DNA of 64,000 nucleotides from Octopus sinensis (GCF_006345805.1 NC_043001.1:19282001-19346000); one strand, 5' to 3'. Positions 50,646 through 64,000 are shown, counted from the stretch's first letter. Program-made: numbers and translations. Notes: generated by a model not told the origin, from the letters alone.

Positions 50646-50974
50646 TTCAGCAAAATTTAGATTCAGATGAATATGGTACTTAAAGGCACCAGAATTTTGT
50701 ATGGTATTAGCTACATAAATCAAATGGGGTGAAGTAGCCTGAAACAATTGTACTACTCTACCTTGGATATCCTTGTTGCTTATTTTGATTATATATATAT
50801 ATATATATATATCATCATCATCATCATCATTTATAGAGGATGGATTGAACTTGCTATGTAGTTGAACCTAAACATATTTCTCTTCCTGGTCCAGTTGTTA
50901 TGTGGGTAATGTTCCTTTTATGTTGCTTACTCACTAAAATCACTTCTTGTAACTGTTATGATAATGGAGGGTGA

Positions 50975-51140
50975 CAAAGTCAAAAATATCCAGCATATGA
51001 TGAGCTGTCAGTTCTGCTTCCCTGATCTAAATAGGTTCTTAATAGTGGCTGGAGAGTGGTTAGAATGTTTGCGTATGTATATAGTTTCTTCATCTGGCAT
51101 TCTAGAGGCTGTTGTTTGCTTGTGGTCAGATTTAGTGGCA
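50975..51140 (-). mobile_element. Penelope-like RT C-terminal fragment
   Basis: TTASRMPDEETIYIRKHSNHSPATIKNL resembles the PLE motif KP....Y+...SNHP....KNI. Confidence 0.55.
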
Positions 51141-51403
51141 TGTCTAAAAAGTGAAGTATTAATAATAATAATAATGATAATGAAATTATTGTATACAGTG
51201 CTCAGGTGCACCACAACTTGTCAAAAGTGCATATAAAGCATATGCAGTAATGTACAAATGTCTGGAAAGTGAACAGTGTATGAGCCAGATACATGCTTGC
51301 GTGTGTATGGAGGGGAGAAAATCAGGTGTAGTGTTGGTGAAACATCAGTTGAGTACAGGGTGGTAATAAGAAATTAGAATGACAAAGGAATAGACAATTA
51401 TGT

Positions 51404-51444
<41 letters not shown>

Positions 51445-51578
51445 GATCTCTAGGAATGATAAAAAAAGGTATTGAAACCTATTTGAAAATTATTCCAGGC
51501 TTACCATCCCTACAGGAAGTGCAAAAAATCGTATTAACTGGAACGGCTCATGTACTGAGAAGAGCATTATCGCTGTGA
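51445..51578 (+). mobile_element. R4/Dong-like (RLE) LINE extreme C-terminus
   Basis: SLGMIKKGIETYLKIIPGLPSLQEVQKIVLTGTAHVLRRALSL* matches GALG...QK..L.GTA.+LR. Adjacent to (AAT)n. Confidence 0.7.
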
Positions 51579-51842
51579 ATACAACATCCATCCATGAATT
51601 TATTTATTTATTAATTTTTAAATACATATTTTATCGGTGAATTTGCATGTGTAATCTGGGAATGCATACAATGAGCTTCTCTGCCCCAGTCAAACCATCC
51701 AACCTATGCTAGCATGGAAAGTGGATGTTAAACGATGATGATGATGATAATGATGATGATTGTATTAAACTGGACAAAATCTTCAAAGTGTTTATTTTGA
51801 CTGTTGAATTACATGATAATCTTGATTTTTAATATTTTTCAG

Positions 51843-52154
51843 AAAATTTCAATGAAAACTCCAGTCAATAGCAGCAAATCGATTTCCATCATAAACGATA
51901 ACCAAAAACATTACAATACCAATTTGGCCTTCGTTGGTGATAATTCTGAAGATTATTTCTCTGATTTCCAAGCAGACATTGATGATTTTTATATAGTACT
52001 GGAGAAAGACTCAACATTGTTCCCTTCGACTAAAGATTTGAAACTAGAATTAATGCATGACATTATGTTGGATGATGTATCTTTGAAAGGTGCCGGTGCC
52101 AACGAACACTTTGATGAGGACTCACCTAAAAATCAAAACAATGCCATGGTTTGA
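51843..52154 (+). CDS. Exon: acidic cytoplasmic tail, possibly terminal
   Basis: atatttttcag|AAA ATT TCA, phase 0, compatible with the 46588 donor. Open for 103 codons (KISMKTPV...HYNTNLAF...DYFSDF...DFYIVL...NAMV*). Confidence 0.5.
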   Translation, partial: KISMKTPVNSSKSISIINDNQKHYNTNLAFVGDNSEDYFSDFQADIDDFYIVLEKDSTLFPSTKDLKLELMHDIMLDDVSLKGAGANEHFDEDSPKNQNNAMV

Positions 52155-52446
52155 TATTGATAAACCATGTCCAATCACAGACTTTATTGGAGAAAATCCA
52201 AAGTTTCAGATGCAAGCTTATAGATACATATCCACATTCCTTTGTACATACACAAACACACACACACACACGTGTGTGGGTATGTGTGTATATGAATGTA
52301 ATTGATATATATGGTTGTAAATAGATATGATTGTGTCCATTCAGGTGATTGTAATGTTATCATCAACTTTGAAAGACTAATAACTTTACTACATAAACTG
52401 AATGCTTTTTCTCCATTTTGATCATGAAAATATGTGTAAATATATA

Positions 52447-52840
52447 TCTTTATATATAAAAGAGAAGTTGTGTGTCTGTCTCCTACGATTTAGATTCCTA
52501 ACTACTCCCACGTTTTGCGGTGCAGTTTAACCAAAACTGGGTATCTTATAGTCGTGATTCATATCGAGCCCTTCTGGGTATTAGTGCGCGTCTACGATGA
52601 GTCTACGATTTAAAAAAAAATTTACCATCATTTTTTTCCATTTTAATGCATTTTTTCGCTATTATATAAGGGAAGTAACACTCTAAAAATGTCTACGATG
52701 AGTCAACGATTTTTAAAAAATTTACCATCATTTTTTTTCCATTTTAATGCATTTTTTTGCTATTTTTTGGCTATAACTCTCTAAAAGTGCTTTATAGTTA
52801 TTCCCTTACAAACCCGAGCAACGCTGGGCGACACTGCTAG
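52447..52840 (+). mobile_element. Non-autonomous Helitron (same family as 6505-6893)
   Basis: A|TC...cccgagcaacgctggg...CTAG|T. Confidence 0.85.
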
Positions 52841-53824
52841 TATCATATATAAATGTATATGTGTGTGTGTAGTGGATTCTCCAATAAGCTTCAACATATG
52901 AAGATCTGATAATATCATACCTGTTAGACAATCCAGAGTCGAGCTATTTTCAGTAGTGAAGGCCTATGCAGGATCAGTTACACTTTTTTGAAATTCTAAC
53001 AGAAAATGGGTGCAAATGTTAGCAACAAACTTAATGAACACCATACCTGAGGTTTCTCTTTTAGAGTTCTCCGATTTTGGGTTAGTTACCTTTGCAATAG
53101 CTTAGATTCCAGCCCATCCTTGAAGGCTAAATACACATCTTGGGACCAAGTTGGAAATTTCTAAGTCCTTGGGCATATATATATATATAACTGGATGAGC
53201 ATTGAAACACCAGTTTGATAAAGTAATGTATGTATGCATGCATAAATGTGTGTACATATATATACACACATACACACACATATATATATATATATATACA
53301 TAATTGAAAAAATTGGAGTCAACAAGGAGGAGTACGGTTGAACGTTTATTTTTTAATCACTACAATTGTTTCCACACAACGTAGTCCTCAAAGCATGCAT
53401 AAACTTGATTGTGTAACTGCTTCCCTGCATTATGAGACTTAGTTGTGTTTCCTCAGGCGATATGTAAATGTAAAGGCAGCAAGCTGGCAGAAATGTTTGC
53501 ATGCCAGGCAAAATGCTTAGCAGCTTTTTGACTGTCCTTACATTTCAAGTTCTACCAAGGTCGACTTTGTCTTTCATCCTTTCAGGGATGATAAATTAAG
53601 TACCAGTTGCATAATTGATTGGTTCCCACACCAAAAATTTCGGGCCTTGTGCCTAGAGTAGAAAAGGATATGTAAATATTGCTTCCGTAAGTTCAAAATG
53701 TAGGGAAATGATTAGATAATCAAGTACCTGTATGCCTTGAGAACTACGTTGCATGGAAATAATTCTAGCAATTAAAAGACACATGTCCAACCATACTCCT
53801 TCTTGTTGGTTCCAGTTTTTTCAG

Positions 53825-53863
53825 TTATCTATTCACACATGACAGATGCCCAAACGCAAACCT
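53825..53863 (+). CDS. Candidate 39-bp symmetric phase-1 exon (xIYSHMTDAQTQT)
   Basis: Strong tttttcag| acceptor and |gtaagt donor. Its link to the upstream exons is not established. Confidence 0.3.
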
Positions 53864-53971
53864 GTAAGTACATATAATACTACTGGTGGATAGAACAGGG
53901 TAAATCTGAAGGTGGACGAGCTATATACTTACTCTATTACATTCCTAACAGAATACAACACACACACACAC

Positions 53972-54031
<60 letters not shown>

Positions 54032-54365
54032 GTGTGGATGCATAAATACACATGTATGTATGTATATATGCATGTATATATATCATAAATTAAAACTGAA
54101 TAGAAGATCGGAAATCCACCTGACGAATGTCATTTGCAGACATGAAACAATTGTAGTGGCGATTTATTTACTTTATATTAAAATTTTTTATGTATTGATT
54201 AAGTCTTTCCTTGTTTGATTTGCAAAATAGTGGTTTTGTCTCGAATTAATATTATATATATATATATATACAAATTGAGATAGGGGTTGTGAGTGCAACC
54301 CACCATGGGATAACATATATCCAATATACTGCCAGTAAAGCACCCAACAAAGTTAATACATAAAT

Positions 54366-54409
<44 letters not shown>

Positions 54410-54627
54410 ATATATATATATGTATATATATGTATATATATATATGTATATATATATGTATATATGTATATATATATATATGTATATGTGTATATATATA
54501 TATATATGTATATATATACATATGTATATATATATATATGTATATATATATATGTATATATATATATGTATATATATATATGTATATATATATATATGCG
54601 TGTGTGTGTGTGTATATATATGTATAT

Positions 54628-54673
<46 letters not shown>

Positions 54674-54859
54674 ATTTCACAGTAATGAAAACTTGGGAAT
54701 CCAAACTTAGGATTGTGGGCCTGGATTTGGCCTGTAATGTTCTTAATTTACACATGGAGTGAGTATGATATGTTAGGTTATTGCCTCTAGGAGTTAAGTT
54801 GAAAAAGTGTGACCCACTGACATTCACATTTATTATATTATTATATAACATTCTATTAA

Positions 54860-55070
54860 GGTGGCAAGCTGGCAGAATTGTTAGCACACTGGGCAAAATG
54901 CTTAGCAGTATTTCGTCTGCCGTTAGGTTTTGAGTTCGAATTCCGCCGAGGTCAACTTTGCTTTCATTCTTTTAGGGGTCGATAAAGTTAGTGCCAGTTA
55001 TGTACTGGGGTCGATGTAATCGACTTAATCCCTTCCTCCATAATTTGAGGCATTGTGGTTCCAGTAAAAA
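54860..55070 (+). mobile_element. SINE family B, diverged (another diverged copy at 53477-53668)
   Basis: ggtggcaagctggcagaa...gaattccgccgaggtcaactttgc. Confidence 0.75.
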
Positions 55071-56726
55071 GGACTTATTAAAGTTGAAAAGGTGTGACAC
55101 AATGACCTTCACATATATTAGATATGTTTAATCTTGGGGAAACTTTATTTCAATCAAAGTATGTTTTATGTGTGTGTGTGTGTGTGTGTGTATTAAAGAA
55201 AGCAAAAAGAAAACAAAAATGACAGTGTTCAGTATGTCGGTGACAGGAATTTCTGTCAAAGAGACATGGTTAAACAAAGTTATACATCATTTCCCTCTTT
55301 CTTTCTCTTTTATTATTACTCCTACTGGTACCATCAACACTACTACTTTTAATAAAACATCATCAGCTCTCCTTAAATTTCTTTGTCTCTTTCTCTTTCT
55401 GTCTTCGCCACCGCCCTCATCATCCCTACACCTACTATAACTCTCACCCCATCATGAGGAATAGTAGGAATGTATGTGTGTGTGTATATGTTTGTGTGTC
55501 TGTTTGTCCCCCCAACATCGCTTGACAACTGATGCTGGTGTGTTTACGTCCCCATAACTTAGCGGTTCAGCAAAAGAGACCAATATAATAAGTACTAGGT
55601 TTACAAAGAATAAGTCCTGGGGTCGATTTACTCAACTAAGGGTGGTGCTCTAGCACGGCCACAGTCAAATGACTGAAACAAGTAAAAGTAAAGTATATAA
55701 GGTTAGTAGAGTTAGAGGTTGGAATAACTACCTAAGGGATAAAAGTATCCGTTATACTACTGGTATAATTACCTATGTCAACCCGGGACAGACACATGCA
55801 AGCATATTATGCTCATAGATTACAGGTAATGACAACGATAAACATGAGTTTATGAGGAATCAAATTTAAAGTAAAACATAAAATGGAGAAATATTGATCA
55901 ACGATTGACTTATATCAATTATTTTTTAATTCAATACAAACAGATTGCATCCCATCTAACAGCTGTTTCTGCCTCCGATGTTATATGGTATTGCCATTGA
56001 TATGTTAAAAAATAATATTCATAATAGTTGGTAATAAAACCGATCTGGAACATGAAGTTTCATCCGAGTGAAGAAAATTACATACCTAAAAAAACAGAAG
56101 AGCCTAGAGAGGAAAAGGAAAGGCTGAAAATGTTTAAATCATACCATTTTGCTTGTGTCACTTTGGGAAGATGAGTAATGACTAAACTTAAAATAGTAAT
56201 TGGTGGGTTAATTTTTTTCTATGGGTGTAATAGGGTGGATAATAGAGAAAGTAAAAATAAAGGGATATGCCAATAGGTTTAGTAAAAGAGGGAGTGGAGG
56301 TACCATAAAATTTAGAAGTAATCATAGTAGTTTTTAATAATTATGTTTATAGTACTAATTACGGTTAGGGTTCGTTTCTATCGTAATAAAGTGTCCAACA
56401 ATTAATTTCAATCATTTGCTTACTAATACGTGGCAAAGTCCAACCCCCTATTGCCCGTAATGGGATTGACCAAGGTTAGTGTTTGATATAATTGGTCAGT
56501 TAAATTTAAAAACAAAGGTCAAGCTATTAAGACCCATTATACGGATTGATACAAATAAAGGTATGGAAAAGTGGTATATGTTGTAAGGGGCCCAAAAATG
56601 CTTAGGACATTATATACATATATATATATATATATATAAATAAGGATAATATCGATGTTTAAATATCGATATTATCAAGTGGCCAGCATGGGAAAAAATA
56701 CCGTACTAAGGTGATAATTTTTTTAC

Positions 56727-56900
56727 AACTAAAAATAAGGGTGTCTGAGAGACACCACCATGCCGAAATAGCAGTCAAAACCCTGACTTTAAAAACCACG
56801 TGAAATGATACGATATGAACATTTAACGTGGTTTTTAAAGTTAGGGTTTTGACTGCTATTTCGGCATGGTGGTGTCTCTCAGACATCCTTATTTTTAGTT
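56727..56900. repeat. 75-bp inverted repeat with a 24-nt loop
   Basis: 56727-56801 versus 56826-56900, 73 of 75 positions Watson-Crick. Confidence 0.95.
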
Positions 56901-56917
56901 ATATATATATATATATA

Positions 56918-57423
56918 CTAGCAGTATCGCCCGGCGTTGCTCGGGTTTGTAAGGGAAATAACTATATAAGCATTTTTAGAGAGTTACTTCCCTTATAAAT
57001 TCGGGCTTTCTTAGCCATTTTTGTTTTGGTGTCTTCAAGCCATGAAGTCGTTGTTCTAAAAGAACGCGGGTTTCCTTCACAACGCATTACGACGTTGATT
57101 TCTTTACACTCCCTTCCCCACAGCTTCACGAGGGAGGGAAGGGGGAGAAGCAAACAGGTGCAGCTGTGAGCGTGGACGCCAACTCCGCCGCCATCGACAT
57201 ACGATGCATTTTATGCATTAAAATGGAATAAAAAATGATGTTAAATTATTTTTTAAATCGTAGACTCATTGTTGACGCGCGCTAATAGTCAGACGGCCTC
57301 GATATGAATCACGACTATAAGATACCCGAATTTGGTTAAACTGCACCGCAAAATGTGGGAGAAGTTAGGAATCTAAATCGAAGGGGACAGACACTCACAC
57401 AACTAGAGTTTTATATATATAGA
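56918..57423 (-). mobile_element. Non-autonomous Helitron, longer variant
   Basis: Same termini as 6505-6893, with an extra ~200-bp internal segment. Confidence 0.85.
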
Positions 57424-57794
57424 TATATAGATATAGATATAGATATATATATATTTAAAAAAAAAACAAACATGTAAACAAGTACAAAGCGAAGGAATGA
57501 ACAATGCCAGCCGTATCATTATGACATAGAGAGGTATCTGTATGGACAATTAGGATTTAAGGCAGTTAGGTGGGTGGGGGAAATGGCCCAAAAGCTTTAT
57601 AAAATAGGATTGTTAAAGCAATAGACAATGAAGGGAAATTATTCAGTAGGAAAAAAATTAGGGTGGGTAATAAGGATGATAATTTCGGTTAAGGGAAGGT
57701 CATGACCTAAATTAGGAGATTATAATACAAAATTTAACTTCTGAACTAATATCCACAGTATCTACATATATTTATCTCTCTATATATATATATC

Positions 57795-58490
57795 ATCATC
57801 GTTTGATGTCAGGTTTTCCATGCTAGTATGGGTTGGATGGTTCGACCAGGGTCTGGGAAGCCAGGAGGCTGCACCAAGCTCCAGTCTGATCTGGCAGTGT
57901 TCCTACAGCTGGATGCCCTTCCTAACGCCAACCACTCCATGAGTGTAGTGGATGCTTTTTACGTGCCAGAGGAGGCTGGCAGTGTCCACAATCGGTTGGT
58001 GCTTTTGATGTGCCACCAGTATGGACGCCAGTCAAGGCGGTGCTGGCATCGGACATGTCCGGATGGTGCTTTTTATGTGCCATGAGCACAGGTATCACAA
58101 CTACAATTTGATTTTTATTTTGCTGTTGATGTACTTGACTAAATAGGTCTCTTCAAGCACAGCAGGTCGCCCTACGATTCAAGATGAGCACAGCAGGCTG
58201 TCCTGCAAGCCATTAACTCACTTCATTTGTCAGGATTTCACAGTCACAGCATATCTCCAGAGGTCTCGGTCTTTCGTCATTGCCTCTGTGAGACCCAACG
58301 TTCGAAGGTCATCACATGTCTTCCTATGTCTACCTCTACCCCGGATTCCTTCAACCGTTTGGGAGTGGCACTTCTTCACCCATCCATAGTACATGACCAT
58401 ACCAACGCAAATGTCTCTCCTGCATGCCTGTATGGTGGACTCTCCCTTCGAAGACGATGAATGAGGGTTCAGCAAATAGCCTTCAACAAT
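57795..58490 (-). mobile_element. RTE-clade LINE 3' end
   Basis: EGIRGRGRHRKTCDDLRTLGLTEAMTKDRDLWRYAV (ORF 58230-58526) is an RTE C-terminus. The 3' UTR ends in (GAT)n. Related 3' UTR copies lie at 40960-41140, 51690-51750, 59130-59580 and 61905-62058. Confidence 0.8.
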
Positions 58491-59296
58491 TCCTAAGCCT
58501 TGTGACACCCAAGAGCAAGTAAGCAATGTTTAGGTCATTTTTTATAGACCCCCCTCCCTATGAAGAGGAAAGCAGTGCCATCCTAAAAAGGGCTGCTTTG
58601 TTATGAAAGGAGGACACGAGTCACACAATTACTTGCGGGTGTTGTGCAAAACGACCATCAACCTTCCACCACCTGTGTGCAATGTTCCTGTTAGGAACTA
58701 CCAGTGACATCCTTCACCTGTTCCCGTCACAATCCCATCATCGCCATAGGATTTAATAAAAAAAAATTTAAAAAAACATACATCGATGCGCCAAACCTCA
58801 GGTGTTATTGAGTGAAAATGGTTTACTGAACAACCGGCACTTTGACTTGTTTAAAGTGGTCATTGCTTGTGCTGAACAAAGCACACTCTCTCCATCGAAT
58901 TATCATGGTCTGTACAGGTGCACGGTGTGCCACACGTCAGATGATAAAACGATCGCAGGATTTTCTTGTAAGAGTGTTCCGTCTCCTAGATCAGTTGTGA
59001 GACTCAACACCAAAGTCTGGTAGGTTTTCTGCGCGCCTGAGCACCATACCAGGTATTTCTAGGTCCTCGCCTATATACCAGGTATTTCTAGGTCCACTCC
59101 TATATATATATATGTATATCATCATCAACATCATCATCATCGTTTAATGTCCGTTCTCCATGCTCGCATGGGTTGGATGGTTCGACCGGGGATCTGGGAA
59201 GCCAGAAGGCTGCACCAGGCTCCAGTCTTATCTGTCAATGTTTCTACAGCTGGATGCCCTTCCTAATGCCAACCACTCCGTGAGTGTAGTGGGTGC

Positions 59297-59580
59297 TTTT
59301 TACGTGCCACCCGCACAGGTGCCAGGCGAGGCTGGCATCGGCCACGGTCGGATTGGTGCATTTTACGTGCCACCGGCACGGAAGCCAGTCGAGGCAGCAC
59401 TGGCATCGGCCACGATTCGGATGGTGCTTTTTACGTGCCACCTGCACAGAAGCCAGTCGAGGCGGCACTGGCATCGGCCACGATTCGGATGGTGCTTTTT
59501 ACATGCCACCAGCACGGAAGCCAGTCGAGGCGGCGCTGGCATCGGCCACAATTCGGATAGTGCTTTTTACGTACCACCTA
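59297..59580. repeat. ~68-bp minisatellite (about 4 copies) inside an RTE-related 3' UTR
   Basis: ttttacgtgccacc recurs at ~59297, 59361, 59429, 59497 and 59565. Confidence 0.85.
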
Positions 59581-60383
59581 TATATATATAGCTCCACTCC
59601 TATATATATATATATGTATATCAATATATATATGTATATACAGTATATATATGTGTGTATGTATATATCAACATAAATTTTGTACAACTCTATTGTTCTT
59701 TGTATTCTTTCATTCTTTCTTTCACACTTCGTTCATTCCACTCTTCATTCTTTCGTTCCCCCTCTCTCACATTTCCTGGCTTTCTCTTCAAGCTCACTTT
59801 CCCTCTTTCACTTCACTGTGTCTCTTCCATTTTTCTCTTGTCCATCCTTAATTCTTCTATCCTTCTGCCTCAACCTCTCTCTCTTCTCTCCCCATGTAAC
59901 TGGTGTTCGGCCAGGCCTGACCTTTCTTGGTTGGATTACTGTCTGTGCAACATCTATATTCCTTCCTGTGCTTGTCAAATCTTATGTCCCTGCCATAAGG
60001 CTTTACTTCCACACACGGCAGCTTAATTTAATTCGTCCTTAGTCGAAAGACACCTGTTGTTATGTCCTGTTATTTATATTTGTGTAACAGTTGTTTTTCC
60101 TGTCCCTGTTTCGTATACATTCGCTGCTTTCTTCCAAGGAATGTAATGTTCTTAGCATATTTTTCCTTGGGGCTGGCCAGATGGGAGCAATTTCGAGTAT
60201 AACCAGCCAAAATTGCAAAGATAATCTGGAACTCAACTGAGGATAGAAAACTCTGAATGATCCATCCTTGTATCATCTGTCTGGATATTTTGTTTTCCTT
60301 TTTTTGTTCCACCTAACTGTCTGGATGTTTTGCATTCTTGTCCCATTTTTGTATTTTATATATATATATATATAAGAAATAAG

Positions 60384-60699
60384 AAAAAAGCAACAAGAAT
60401 GGATCAATATTTCGGTACAATTGTTTCGTACAAAGACAGCTTTATTAAGGCTGCAAATATTGCAGTAAATATAAGTGACCCGTACTCATCCGTTTGTTAC
60501 CTAAATCTTATTTTTATAGAGCTATCCCTGATGTTTCAGGAGTGTAACACCACCCCCTTAGATGTTTGGAGAACCCAGATGTTTTTTCGGCTGATGAGTA
60601 CGGGTCACTTATATTTACTGCAATATTTGCAGCCTTAATAAAGCTGTCTTCGTACGAAACAATTGTACCGAAATATTGATCCATTCTTGTTGCTTTTTT
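60384..60699. repeat. 107-bp inverted repeat with a 102-bp spacer
   Basis: 60384-60490 versus 60593-60699, one mismatch. Confidence 0.95.
60585..60673 (+). ncRNA. Canonical type I hammerhead ribozyme motif
   Basis: TTTCGG-CTGATGA-GTACG[~48 nt]CGTAC-GAAA-CAATTG-TA-CCGAAA: 6-bp stem I, 5-bp stem II base, palindromic stem III ACAATTGT. Predicted cleavage after A60667. Confidence 0.85.
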
Positions 60700-61271
60700 A
60701 TTATTTATAATCACCCCGCATTATCTTATGGTTAACACCATATAGATTTCTGGTGCATCTAAGTTAAGTACCGCATTCATGTGAATTCAACAGAACTCAC
60801 TTGAATCTTAATTGCTTTTACTGTATATATATATATATACACACACAGACACAACAGGCTCTTTTTCAGTTTCTGTCTACCAAATCCACTCACAAGGTAT
60901 TGGTTGGCTTTTGGTTAGTGGTTATAGAAGAAAACACTTTCTCAAGGTGCCACACGGGGAGACTGAACACGAAACTTTGTAGTTGCAGAGTTAGCTTTTG
61001 TAACAAACTACACAATCCATGCCCACACTTATAGCTTTGCCCTCCAATTACTTGGCTCATCATGTCAGAATAAATGTTCTGAAGTGAAACAAAAATAATT
61101 GATATCACTGGTTATATAATAATTGATAAAAATGTAACATTGTTCTAGAATCAACAATATTATGATTCCGAATTACAGTAATTAAAGAAATGAAGCAAAT
61201 TCAGGACAAATCTATTTATTCACCAGAGTCTGAAGAAGTACAAGTACAACAAATTATATACAAATAACAAA

Positions 61272-61302
<31 letters not shown>

Positions 61303-61866
61303 CATATACATATATATATATGACCAAAAAAACTGACAAAGTAGGAACCATCTTTTTCTTTGGAAAAAAGGAATAGAAATAAGGTTTATTCAACAATTCT
61401 CATCAGAAATGCTGTTAACCTGAGTAGGGAGGAATGGAAAATAAATGTATATATATGTATATATATATACATATATATATAAAGAGAGAGAGAGAGAGGG
61501 GGGAGAGTGGTGTTCAATTGGAAAAAAATAAAAAGCAAAAACGAAACAAATTGTATTAAAACGTGACTATAATGCAATTTCTCATTTTAGTTTATGAAGC
61601 TTTTTCTCTACCACTTCTCTTCCTCCTCCTCCTCCTCTTCCCTCCTCCCTTACACACATTAGACAAGCCTACATACTTTTGTTGTTGTTGTTTTGCTCTT
61701 TTGCTGATAAAATATATACCAACAAAGTTTTAAAACAAAATCCTGTTATGATTAGAGTAGTCGCTAGGAAAGAAGCCAACAGCAAACATCTGATGAGATG
61801 CAGTTATGTAGTAGCATATTGAAACTATGTTTAAATGGCTGGGAACAGTAAAACGAAAAAAAAAGT

Positions 61867-61897
<31 letters not shown>

Positions 61898-64000
61898 GTC
61901 GTCGTCGTTTAACGTCCGTTCTCCATGCTAGCATGGGTTGGACGGTTCGACCGGGGATCTGGGAAGCCAGAAGGCTGCACCAGGCTCCAATCTTGATCTG
62001 GCAATGTTTCTACAGCTGGATGCCCTTCCTAACGCCAACCACTCCGTGAGTGTAGTAATAATAATAATAATAATAATAATAATGATAATTAATAAACAAA
62101 TAAAATACTCACATTTATCATAAATATTGAAAAGAACAGAAAAACTGAAACAAAAGCTAAGATATCTATCGAAGGCTTTATAAATAGTTCCAGCCATGTG
62201 AGGGTGTGTTTTAAGATGAACTTCAAGAAGTCTGTTAAACTAGCGACTGATTCTTTCTGCTACTGGTTTAGTTTATCATAGATTTCTTTTTATTAATTTA
62301 CAAACGGAAATTAAAATAAACAAATATACACAGGGGGGAACTCACATTGGTAATAATGATCTAACGTAGGCACAAGGCCACACATTTGGAGGGGTCGGAT
62401 ATAGTCAAAAATGTCAAACCAGTACTCCACTTGTTCTTTATTATCTGCCCCGGAAAAAATGTAGGACAAACTATAGACCCTAGTGGGATTTGAACTCAAT
62501 GATCATAATAATAATAATAATGTCTGATTATTAGAAAAAGTAAAATACCAGGAAAAATAGTTTAATATATGCAAATTGATATACTTATATATTTGAAAAA
62601 ATATTTATTAAAAGAAAAAAGAAGATATGATCTATAGAATCTCAAAAAAAGAAAATTTAAAACAATAAAACAGAAAATTTCAAATTTATCTCAACCAAAT
62701 TGTATGACATTTAATTTAGTGCTTCACATAATTCAACACACACACACACACTGACACATACACACACACTGACACATACATACACACACAGAGTTTTATT
62801 ATCTTATGGCTCATGAAAATTCTATGGCTGTATGGATATGTGAAGCAATAAAATCCATGTAATAGGTATTGGTTTTTCAACTAAAATAACAGAAATATGT
62901 TAGTGTAAATTTCTAGACAAATGTCTTTGTGTCCATATAGTATTAGAATGAAATACTTTCTGCATAACAAATCACGAGAAATCTTAGTTTAAAAAATAAA
63001 AGAAGTGATAATGAAAAATATAAACAAATATTTTTTTGTTAAAGTTCAAATAAAAAGCAAAAATTTATGAAATAGTGATTTTTTGGGGGTTTTTTTTTCA
63101 ATCACAAATGAAAAGTGGAAGAAAAAAAGGGGACTAGTGAAAAAACAAAAATTAAACTGCTACATAGTTTTTTTCCATGAAATATCTATACACTTCATAT
63201 TCAACTAAGAACTTACTCTCATCTTGACATTTATTTAATGAAGAGTTTGGCAGATAAAAAGAGGGTGAAAGAGACCATTGGAATTGAAAGCAAAAAATAA
63301 TAATCATAATTGTAAAAATAGACGTTTGCAAATGAGAACTTACAATGAGATGAAAAATAATGAAAATATCATATGCATGGCTTATTTATTTCATGTGTTT
63401 TTTGGGGTCTTTTTTTTTTTTTTTTCAGTTGAAAAGTTTACAATTAGCTGTATTATTGAATAATTTCTCTGTACAAAGTTTGATTGGGAAACAAAGAAAA
63501 TAAAAATAACTCTATTTGTATGTCCATTTTTGTTTCTAACAATAACAGCTGATTCAAACACCCTCTTTCTACCCACACAAAGCAGCAGCAGTAACATAAG
63601 CAAGCAGTTGATAAACTCACAGCCAAATTGTACACATAAATGAGGAGCATCGATTGGACGGGTATCGGGGTGGCGGGTATCAGGTTAACAAAATTATATG
63701 GAATCAGGAAGGAAGTTAGAAATAAACTTGTAATGTTCACATAATACTAAGTTTTTTTTGTTTGCTTTAGTATGATTATATTTCAGTTTTTTCCACATTT
63801 CACAAAAGCAATAATGACCATGTCTCTATTTCACCAGCAAACATAGCAAACTGTTTCTACAAACAATGCCAAAAAATATGGCCTTATTTTCTAAAAATTC
63901 ACTCAAACCAAGTGTGGCATTAACTACTTTTAGTCAGCAGTGTCGATATAAATGATTGATAAAAAAAAACAAACACTAAATACTGACATTATGGTTACTT

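Noticed and set aside
56170-56610. Mitochondrial insertion (ATP6/ND-like composition)
   Set aside because: Strand bias is suggestive, but I could not get a convincing alignment to any mitochondrial protein in any frame. BLASTn against the mitogenome would decide.
58802-59023. ORF with YRCTVCH as a zinc finger
   Set aside because: No downstream His pair at C2H2 spacing and no supporting splice sites.
63453-63740. Hydrophobic ORF resembling GPCR TM6-TM7
   Set aside because: It lacks the CWxP and NPxxY motifs and has no upstream helices. It lies in AT-rich, UTR-like sequence.

Overview
Eukaryotic, AT-rich, repeat-dense genomic DNA. The SINE families and microsatellite load match what I recall of octopus (coleoid cephalopod) genomes; this is an inference. 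Most ORFs in the track are artefacts of simple repeats. Supportable content: (1) three tandem arrays, namely a 600-bp unit carrying a type I hammerhead ribozyme (1-1593), a ~9.75-kb array of a 31/32-bp monomer that grew inside a Merlin (IS1016/ISXO2-like) transposase relic at its first catalytic Asp (24869-34618), and a 201-bp x7 array ending in a fold-back (41567-43044); (2) several further hammerhead or hammerhead-like motifs typical of Penelope-like elements, one with a fully canonical core (60585-60673) next to its own antisense copy; (3) many tRNA-derived SINEs of three families, non-autonomous Helitrons, MITEs, and 3' fragments of CR1, RTE, Tx1/L1, R4/Dong-like and Penelope retroelements; (4) phase-compatible exons of a plus-strand single-pass membrane protein (41323-52154) that may be disrupted, plus one isolated TM-like exon on the minus strand. 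No rRNA, true tRNA gene or CRISPR array was found.
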